A DNA stretch of 19,641 nt from Tubiluchus corallicola. Its lineage: Eukaryota; Animalia; Priapulida. Under the pieces are notes generated by a model, which made no database searches, was not told where the DNA came from, and saw only the letters and a list, made by a program, of their open reading frames with translations. The translations under genes were made by a program, and so were the position numbers. The stretch lies in the NCBI GenBank assembly GCA_030141605.1, contig JAQGDQ010000484.1, positions 149,335 to 168,975 of the forward strand, written 5' to 3'. Positions 11,243 through 19,641 of this stretch are shown here, piece after piece; within the stretch, counting starts at the first letter, position 1; each line of letters starts with the position of its first letter.

Positions 11243-11619
11243 CCTCATCACCATTTTGTTGCTGCTGGTGTTGTAACACGTGACTCTCTAAAGTCGACTT
11301 TGTGTTGAACCACATGCCACATCGGTCACACAAAAACGGCCCATCATCATCTTCCACCTTGACACCATTTTGTTGCTGCTGCTGTTGTAACACATGGCTC
11401 TCTAAAGCCGTCATTGTGTGGAGCAGCATGCCGCATCGGACACACAAAAACGGCCCACCATCATCGCCACCTTGAGTGGCATTTTGTTGCTGCTGCTGTT
11501 GTAACACATGGCTCTCTAAAGCCGTCATTGTGTGGAACAGCATGCCACATCGCTCACACAAAAACGGCCCAACATAAGCTTCAACAGCATCATCAACGCC
11601 ACCTTGGTTGCCACGCTGC

Positions 11620-11686
<67 letters not shown>

Positions 11687-11745
11687 GCTGTTGTTGTTGG
11701 CGTCGTCTCGTTAAATGTCTCCGTAGATCATGGTTGCCACGTTGC

Positions 11746-11779
<34 letters not shown>

Positions 11780-12089
11780 GGCGTCGTCTCGTTGGGTGTC
11801 TCCGTAGATCATGGTTGCCGTGCTGCTGTTGTTGTTGTTGTTGCTGTTGTTGTTGTTGTTGTCGTCTCGTTGGATGTCTCCGTAGTATATGAGAGCGTAG
11901 ACCGTATTGCGTCATGACCGTATGACCACACACGTGGCAAAGAAAATTTCTTTCGTGGCCATAATGGTCGATCGCAACGTGCCTCAGCATAGCTCTCATA
12001 CTACGACAGACCCGCCCGCATATATCACAGGTGGCAATGACTAATCTTCTTACTAGCACCTGGGATCTGAAGATGCGGAGTGAGTCCAT
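10548..12089 (-). CDS. C2H2-like zinc-finger protein with polyQ and acidic linkers (2 canonical + 9 repeated atypical fingers)
   Basis: Canonical fingers CDICGRVCRSMRAMLRHVAIDH and CHVCGHTVMTQYGLRSHILRRH, then nine PFLCxxCGxxFxTxxxLExH units, all but the last followed by Q-runs. The 513-aa ORF is uninterrupted and starts at ACCATCATG. Confidence 0.85.
11616..11885. repeat. Three LRRHPTRR-polyQ units with (CAA)n microsatellites
   Basis: CGTCGTCTCGTT..TGTCTCCGTAG occurs three times, each next to a long (TTG)n tract. Confidence 0.9.
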
Positions 12090-12139
12090 GATGGTCGCGT
12101 GTTATAGCGGGTGTTTGTTGATCTCCTATAAGGTGTATT

Positions 12140-12331
12140 CTGTAAGAAAATAATTAACACTAATCAAATGTTATAGCATGGAATTCGCGTGTGCACGCGT
12201 TATTGCAAAAGAAGAAGAATTTCGCTTAGGCGAATTATGATGTAATTAAAGTCTATTGCTTTGTTATTGAAAAAAAGCATTAAAGTACCATTATAAACTA
12301 AAAATATGCTAAAGAATAAAAGTACACTTAC
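12140..12331 (-). other. Predicted 5'UTR intron of the zinc-finger gene
   Basis: Minus-strand GTAAGT at 12331 and TTTTCTTACAG ending at 12140, 50 nt before the ATG. An in-frame TAG upstream of the ATG indicates UTR. Confidence 0.45.
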
Positions 12332-12458
12332 TGTAAATTTTGGAGCTTCCACGCTGCTGCCACAGTGGATACCAAAACACATATGGTGTTTTTCATTCGC
12401 TAAAGATCTCTTTTATTTCGAAAATAGCGAGCCAACGACCTCACACTTAAATTGTAAT

Positions 12459-12763
12459 TAGAAGGGATTTTTTCTCCCCCCAAATGCTATCACTTAATCA
12501 CGTTATTACACTCCAAATAACGTACTGTTTTTCTACAAAGAAATATATTAATGGTGATTATGTAGAAATTAAAATAAGCTTTGGTAATTGCGGTCTTAAA
12601 ATCATGCTACTAGAAGGGATTTTTTCTTCGTCAAATGCTCTCACCTAATCACGTTATTACACTCCAAATAACGTACTGTTTTTCTACAAAGAAATATATT
12701 AATGGTGATTATGTAGAAATTAAACTAAGCTTTGCTAATAGCGGCCTTAAAATCATGCCACTA
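12459..12763. repeat. 152-bp tandem duplication
   Basis: TAGAAGGGATTTTTTCT..AAAATCATGC at 12459 and 12611, with a partial third piece at ~12775-12797. Confidence 0.9.
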
Positions 12764-13092
12764 TTAGGAAGCACAAATTAAAGTAAGCTTTGCTAATGTG
12801 TGCGAAAATCTACACTCTGTCAAAGTGCTAGAAAATCTCTTAATTAACATCATAATTATCGCATCATCTTGATGCAGCAACCGAAAAGTTTCCAACCACA
12901 CAAAATCCATGAAAAAAGAACCTTTAATGCGACAATGCACCTCTTCTGTGTCACTTAGCTAAGCGCGGATTAACCGCTATCAGGCGCCAACTTATTCGCG
13001 ATTTCAGAGATAAGGCTCCCCCCCCCCCAGGGTTGTAGTTCTGCATTCATATACTTCAAAGGTCTTTATGTGAGCTAGTTATATTAATATTC

Positions 13093-13534
13093 TTCGTATA
13101 TATGAAAAAAAAGCAATTGATTTTAGAGCATTGATAATTTGTATCCGAGAAAAAAAGGAGGACTTTTAATGCTTTAAAACAGGATAGAAAGATTTTAGAG
13201 CATCATTTTTCTTCGTTAATTTTAGAACATTGCTAAGAAAAGCTAGCTCCCCGTCATCGTTCTTCTTGTCTTTCAAAGACAGCATATGGAAAGAATAATT
13301 TAATATTCGCATTATTCGTATATATGAAAAAAACCAATTGATTTTAGAGCATTGATAATTCGTATCCGAGAAAAAAGGAGGACTTTTAATGCTTTAAAAC
13401 AGGATAGAAAGATTTTAGAGCATCATTTTCTTCGTTGATTTTAGAACATTGCTAAGAAAGCTAGCTCCCCGTCATCATTCTTCTTGTCTTTCAAAGACAG
13501 CATGTGGAAAGAATAATTTAATATTCGCATTATT
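13093..13534. repeat. ~222-bp tandem duplication
   Basis: TTCGTATATATGAAAAAAA..ATATTCGCATTATT at 13093 and 13315, near identical. Confidence 0.92.
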
Positions 13535-15426
13535 GGAAAGCTAGTTGCTTTGCTAATTCGCTTAATGATATTGTGTGAAAGTATAATATATTTGCTCTAT
13601 TCTTCAATAATTTCTTTTTAAACAACTAATCGTATGAAGTAAGTAAACGCTTTTAGCAAATTATAATATTCGCCGTATTAATTCATATTCTTTTGACTAA
13701 TTTGTTAGCATTAGCAGTGAAGATAGACATATTATTATTAGGATATCTAAGAACCTATTGAAGATGGTTAATCTCGGATTGTGTGAAAAACATCCATTTC
13801 GGGTGATGGCTGTAAGTATTAATGTTTTGTACAATTCCCATGTGTTCTTACTAACAAGACACTTTGTCTGAAGACCCACTCAATTAATAGTCGCACTAAT
13901 AGCCGACCACCTAAATACTTTATTAGTCAGTTTAGAAAGCCTGCTGTTAAAAAAAGCTGTTTATGAAGTATTTTGAATTTTTCTGGAATCAGTGCCATGC
14001 AAGTCGAAGTCGTGTCTGACTCTGAGATGATGAGTAATTTTTTCAACAAAGGGTAGACGGTACCTGTGCTATATTGTGCTTGCTGTACATTCAAACGCGA
14101 ATTTTTAGTCTAATAGTAAAGCGCCTCAGTTTTTTTTCTCTTTGTACATCTAGACGCGCTTAAATAGCCGCGGGTGTCATGTCTCGCAAGTCAATTAAGT
14201 CCTCATTAGCTAGGTAGTCGAGTCAATTAGCGGATTAAGCAATAGACAGGTGGCCGCCTTGGCGTTTGATCAGATGAGTGCATTCGCTGTGTGAGGCATA
14301 TCAACTCCCATTCATTAGTCTTGCAAAACTAGCAATGATTCTAAAACCGATACGCAATGTTTTCTCTGTCGCAAAATGCTCTGTGACACACCTACCTTGC
14401 CAGAAAGTGGTATGCGTGACTTTGCTTTACTGGAGACCAGCGCTACAATATTGACTACTGACTGGTGCATCGTAATAAGGATCTGCCCCAGAAACCCAGA
14501 ATCGTGATTACCATGATCTGCTGGTGTTTACAATGACCACTCGTGGTCTATAGGTTTTTGTGTACAGTTCAAATAGTAGATTCAGACAGCGTGAAAGCAA
14601 TAGTATAATATAATACAATTATTTTTCATTTTTATGGATCATAATTTCCACATGAAACTCAAGTATTTATCAGCAGCGCAACAACAGTGACTTTCGAGGC
14701 AAATTGAGTGTCACACGTTACTTTCCGCAGGTGTGCGAGCTCTTCAAAGAGGAATTAACAGTGGCACACACGCAGACAGACAACTCCAAATTCAACAGTG
14801 CGAAATGATATTAAACTAATGTAAGAACTTTAGTCGCTCAGTTGCTAATGCTATCAGACAGGCAGGAAGGATTCAGAATGTCGAAAATTTAATAATAATC
14901 GTTGCATGGGGTCGCGTGGCAGCAGCTATATGCGTCGTTAGGCAACGGAGCGCATCGATGTTAAAATCGTATTGAGAATCGAGGGTTGAATTTTCGTCAC
15001 GCGATCATGTTAAGAAGTGAGACCGCCGCATGGCAAGAATGTTGTCAGTCATGGTCTGTCACTTTTACGTGAAGCGAATCACTGGTTCTCGTGGTGAGTT
15101 GGAAATTGTATAATTAAGAAAACATTCAGCACACTGTGATTATCTACTCAGCTAGGAAAAATATTTTGCTTGACATATTTAGCCATTGGTTTTGGTTTTG
15201 TTTTAACTTTTACTGCCGAGAAACGAAGGGTTTGACAATTACTTAAGAAAATCAGATTGACACATTGATATATCAAAATGTAAAGATAATTTTAACTATC
15301 ATTAGTTATTATTGTTCTGACGGGTAAAAAAAGTGGATGACGACCAAAGATCAGGCTCTGCTTTAGGTAATACCGCGTCATCATCATCATCATCGTTGGA
15401 TACAGTTGACAAAAAATAAGGAAACC

Positions 15427-15772
15427 CAGAAATTAATCATGTTCGGCGAGGTGTGAGTAGACTGTCTGTTACACGTGCTAATGGTCAGTCCGTGCTAACA
15501 ATCGTGCTCGGCGGTGTGTGCGCGTGTGAGTAGACTGTATGTTGCACGATGCGACCACATTGGATGAAGCGAAGGAGGCTTTTCGGCGACGACTCAGAAA
15601 TTAATCATGCTCGGCGATGCGTGAGTAGACTGTATGTTACACGTGGTGACGCTCGTGCTAATGGTCGGCCCGTGCTAACAATCGTGCTCGGCGGTGTGTG
15701 CGCGTGTGAGTAGACTGTATGTTGCACGATGCGACCGCATTGGATGGAGCGAAGAAGGCTTTTTCGGTGACG
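15427..15772. repeat. 168/180-bp tandem dimer inside the terminal segment
   Basis: CAGAAATTAATCATG at 15427 and 15595 (18553 and 18733 in copy 3). Each unit carries GTGAGTAGACTGT twice. Confidence 0.9.
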
Positions 15773-15801
15773 GCATCCATCCATCTCAGATAAAGGTAGG
15801 A

Positions 15802-15928
15802 TAAAATTTTTAAAAATTGTATCGCAACTTAGACGCGCATAAAAGAACATTCTAACCCGGATGAGGGTGGGGTAAAATTTTTAAAAATTGCAAGGCAATT
15901 TAGACTCGCATAAAAGAACATCCTAACC
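15802..15928. repeat. 71-bp tandem dimer inside the terminal segment
   Basis: TAAAATTTTTAAAAATTG..TTAGAC.CGCATAAAAGAACAT(T/C)CTAACC at 15802 and 15873. Confidence 0.9.
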
Positions 15929-16150
15929 ATTTAACGACGACGACGAGACTGCTGCACCTGGGTAGAGAAATCTTTTAGCCCATTATCTAGCTAGCTAGGC
16001 GGCGAGGCGAGAGTCGATTACCGGATTAGCCACAATTAGGGTGGAGCAAGCAAAGTGCGCAGCGAGCGCGCGTCGAACGGACGACTGCATTTAGCGCGGA
16101 GGGGGGGGTGTTCTCGCCGGGCGCACCCCCCCCCAAAGCGTGCGGGAGTT

Positions 16151-16425
16151 CCAACCGTCACTCCTAATCCTTAAATCGAGCACTTAACTAGCGCAACAAT
16201 AGACCCACTTCACTTTTTTAGGGGGGTGATTTTTGTTCCCACCCCCGGCAGCCGAGGGGGGCGTGGCCCGTCGACCAACCGTCACTCCTAATCCTTAAAT
16301 TGGTCACTTAACTAGCACGACAATAGAGCCACTTCACTTTTTTAGGGGTGTTTCCGGATTTTCGCACTTTTTTAGGGGTGTTTTTCCCCACCCCCCCGGG
16401 GAAATCCCCACCCCCCCCGGGAAAT
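16151..16425. repeat. Subterminal repeats: 124-bp dimer, 3x CACTTTTTTAGGGG, 2x CCCCACCCCCCCGGG(G)AAAT
   Basis: CCAACCGTCACTCCTAATCCTTAAAT..ACTTAACTAGC at 16151 and 16275, followed by G/C-run repeats just before the end. Confidence 0.9.
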
Positions 16426-16449
16426 CGGCCAGAGGTGTAACATCTAACC

Positions 16450-17187
16450 ATGTTGCACGATGCGACCGCATTGGATGGAGCGAAGAAGGCTTTTTCGGTG
16501 ACGGCATCCATCCATCTCAGATAAAGGTAGGATAAAATTTTTAAAAATTGTATCGCAACTTAGACGCGCATAAAAGAACATTCTAACCCGGATGAGGGTG
16601 GGGTAAAATTTTTAAAAATTGCAAGGCAATTTAGACTCGCATAAAAGAACATCCTAACCATTTAACGACGACGACGAGACTGCTGCACCTGGGTAGAGAA
16701 ATCTTTTAGCCCATTATCTAGCTAGCTAGCTAGGCGGCGAGGCGAGAGTCGATTACCGGATTAGCCACAATCAATTAGGGTGGAGCAAGCAAAGTGCGTA
16801 GCGAGCACGCGTCGAACGGACGACTGCATTTAGCGCGGAGGGGGGGTGTTCTCGCCGGGCGCACCCCCCCCAAAGCGTGCGGGAGTTCCAACCGTCACTC
16901 CTAATCCTTAAATCGAGCACTTAACTAGCGCAACAATAGACCCACTTCACTTTTTTTAGGGGGTGATTTTTGTTCCCACCCCCGGCAGCCGAGGGGGGCG
17001 TGGCCCGTCGACCAACCGTCACTCCTAATCCTTAAATTGGTCACTTAACTAGCACGACAATAGAGCCACTTCACTTTTTTAGGGGTGTTTCCGGATTTTC
17101 GCACTTTTTTAGGGGTGTTTTTCCCCACCCCCCCGGGGAAATCCCCACCCCCCCCCGGGAAATCGGCCAGAGGTGTAACATCTAACC
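16450..17187 (+). repeat. Terminal segment copy 2 (matches 15719-16449)
   Basis: Begins ATGTTGCACGATGCGACCGC immediately after CTAACC, is nearly identical to copy 1, and has the same end. Confidence 0.95.
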
Positions 17188-17188
17188 G

Positions 17189-19606
17189 CCTGTGCTATAT
17201 TGTGCTTGCTGTACATTCAAACGCGAATTTTTACTCTAACAGTAAAGCGCCTCAGTTTTTTTTCTCTTTGTACATCTAGACGCGCTTAAATAGCCGCGGG
17301 TGTCATGTCTCGCAAGTCAATTAAGTCCTCATTAGCTAGGTAGTCGAGTCAATTACCGGATTAAGCAATAGACACGTGCCCGCCTTGGCGTCTGATCAGA
17401 TGAGTGCATTCGCTGTGGGAGGCATATCAACTCCCATTCATTAGTCTTGCAAATCTAGCAATGATTCTAAAACCGATACGCAATGTTTTCTCTGTCGCAA
17501 AATGCTCAGTGACACACCTACCTTGCCAGAAAGTGGTATGCGTGACTTTGCTTTACTGGAGGCCAGCGCTACATTATTGAGCACTGTCTGGTGCATCGTA
17601 ATAAAGATCTGCCCCAGAAACCCAGAATCGTGATTACCATGATCTGTTGGTGTTTACAATGACCACTCGTGGTCTATAGGTTTTTGTGTACAGTTCAAAT
17701 AGTAGATTCAGACAGCGTGAAAGCAATAGCATAATATAATACAATTATTTTTCATTTTTATGGATCATAATTTCCACATGAAACTCAAGTATTTATCAGC
17801 AGCGCAACAACAGTGACTTTCGAGGCAAACTGAGTGTCACACGTTACTTTCCGCAGGTGTGCGAGCTCTTCAAAGAGGAATTAACAGAGGCAGACACGCA
17901 GACAGTCAACTCCAAATTCAACAGTGCGAAATGATATTAAACTAATGCAAGAACTTTACTCGCTCAGTTGCTAATGCAATCAGACAGGCGGGAAGGATTC
18001 AGAATGTCGAAAATTTAATAATAATCGTTGCATGGGGTCGCGTGGTAGCAGCTATACGCGTCGTTACGCAACGGAGCGCATCGGTGTTAAAATCGTATTG
18101 AGAATCGAGGGTTGAATTTTCGTCACGCGATCATGTTAAGAAGTGAGACCGCCGCGTGGTAAGAATGTTGTCAGACATGGTCTGTCACTTTTACGTGAAG
18201 CGAATCACTGGTTCTCGTGGTGAGTTGGAAATTGTATAATTAAGAAAACATTCAGCACGCTGTGATTATCTACTCAGCTAGGAAAAAATATTTTGCTTGA
18301 CATATTTAGCCATTGGTTTTGGTTTTGTTTTAACTTTTACTGCTGAGAAACGAAGGGTTTGACAATTACTTAAGAAAATCAGATTGGCACATTGTTATAT
18401 CAAAATGAAAAGATAATTTTAACTAACATTAGTTATTATTGTTCTGACGGATACAAAAGTGGATGACGACCAAAGATCAGGCTCTGCTTTAGGTAATACC
18501 GCGTCATCATCATCATCATCGTTGGATACAGTTGACAAAAAATAAAGAAACCCAGAAATTAATCATGTTCGGCGAGGTGTGAGTAGACTGTATGTTACAC
18601 GTGCTAACGTTCGTGCTAATGGTCAGTCCGTGCTAACAATCGTGCTCAGCGCTGTGTGCGCGCGTGAGTAGACTGTATGTTGCACGATGCGACCACATTG
18701 GATGAAACGAAGGAGGCTTTTCGGCGACGACTCAGAAATTAATCATGCTCGGCGACGCGTGAGTAGACTGTATGTTACACGCGGTAACGTTCGTGCTAAT
18801 GGTCGGCCCGTGCTAACAATCGTGCTCGGCGGTGTGTGCGCGTGTGAGTAGACTGTATGTTGCACGATGCGACCGCATTGGATGGAGCGAAGGAGGCTTT
18901 TTCGGCGACGGCATCCATCCATCCATCCATCCATCCATCTCGGATAAAGGTAGGATAAAATTTTTAAAAATTGTATTGCAACTTAGACGCGCATAAAAGA
19001 ACATTCTAACCCGGATGAGGGTGGGGTAAAATTTAAAAAAATTGCATGGCAATTTAGACTCGCATAAAAGAACATCCTAACCATTTAGCGACGACGACGA
19101 GACTGTGCACTGCTGCACGTGGCTAGAGAAATCTTTTAGCCCATTATCTAGCTAGCTAGGCGGCGAGAGTCGATTACCGGATTAGCCACAATTAGGGTGG
19201 AGCAAGCAAAGTGCGCAGCGAGCGCGTGTCGAACGGACGACTGCATTTACCGCGGAGGGGGGGTGTTCTCGCCGGGCGCACCCCCCCCCCCAAAGCGTGC
19301 GGGAGTTCCAACCGTCACTCCTAATCCTTAAATCGAGCACTTAACTAGCGCAACAATAGACCCACTTCACTTTTTTTAGGGGGGTGATTTTTGTTCCCAC
19401 CCCCGGCAGCCGAGGGGGGCGTGGCCCGTCGACCAACCGTCACTCCTAATCCTTAAATTGGTCACTTAACTAGCACGACAATAGAGCCACTTCACTTTTT
19501 TAGGGGTGTTTCCGGATTTTCGCACTTTTTTAGGGGTGTTTTTCCCCACCCCCCCGGGGAAATCCCCACCCCCCCGGGAAATCGGCCAGAGGTGTAACAT
19601 CTAACC
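17189..19606 (+). repeat. Terminal segment copy 3 (matches 14063-16449)
   Basis: Begins CCTGTGCTATATTGTGC one base after CTAACC. It has scattered substitutions and indels relative to copy 1 and the same end. Confidence 0.95.
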
Positions 19607-19641
19607 TACTTGTTTCCATTACCGCCTGACTTGCCCACGCG

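Larger units (their letters stand above)
1..16449. mobile_element. Probable part of a large endogenous Polinton/adintovirus-like element, with putative right end at 16449
   Basis: pPolB, compact decayed genes, internal sequence sharing between distant parts, and a sharply defined repeat-rich end. The left boundary and hallmark genes are not in the window. Confidence 0.5.
14063..16449 (+). repeat. Terminal segment copy 1 (left limit defined only by alignment to copy 3)
   Basis: Colinear with 17189-19606 and ends ...GGCCAGAGGTGTAACATCTAACC. Confidence 0.93.

Noticed and set aside
10360-11917. Poly-Val, poly-Cys, poly-Leu, poly-Thr and poly-His ORFs overlapping the zinc-finger gene
   Set aside because: Alternative-frame or antisense shadows of the CAA/GAT/GAC triplet repeats.
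5916-13879. Other short ORFs (5916, 6495, 7757, 7957, 12200, 13697)
   Set aside because: Short AT-rich frames without motifs. 7757 and 7957 are antisense to the LRR remnant.
16442-16448. Integron attC core GTTRRRY (GTTAGAT on the minus strand)
   Set aside because: Only a 7-bp match, with no attC palindrome or integrase, in eukaryotic DNA.
15719-16449. Hammerhead ribozyme (Penelope pLTR) or canonical Helitron 3' end
   Set aside because: No CTGANGA core was found by eye (closest CGGATGAG), and the end is not CTRR. A covariance-model search would be needed to exclude these fully.
15605-19052. Short ORFs within the terminal repeats
   Set aside because: No recognisable domains. They cross junctions or homopolymers and their frames differ between copies.

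Overview
AT-rich eukaryotic DNA (probably invertebrate; short GT-AG introns), best read as part of a large, decaying Polinton/Maverick/adintovirus-like element rather than ordinary host genes. (1) 439-4874 (+): a protein-primed family B DNA polymerase pseudogene with an embedded endonuclease VII-like domain and two frame-preserving spliceosomal introns. Its motif A region is replaced by a ~490 bp patchwork copied from two other parts of this window. (2) 5.1-10.3 kb: many short tandem duplications, an LRR pseudogene and fragments of small spliced genes. (3) 10548-12089 (-): a 513-aa polyQ/acidic C2H2-like zinc-finger ORF. (4) 14063-19606: three head-to-tail copies of a repeat-rich GC-rich segment. 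All three end at the same base (...GAGGTGTAACATCTAACC) but start at different points. No integrase, capsid, ATPase, reverse transcriptase or HUH gene was recognised in the window, so the element class and mechanism are inferred.
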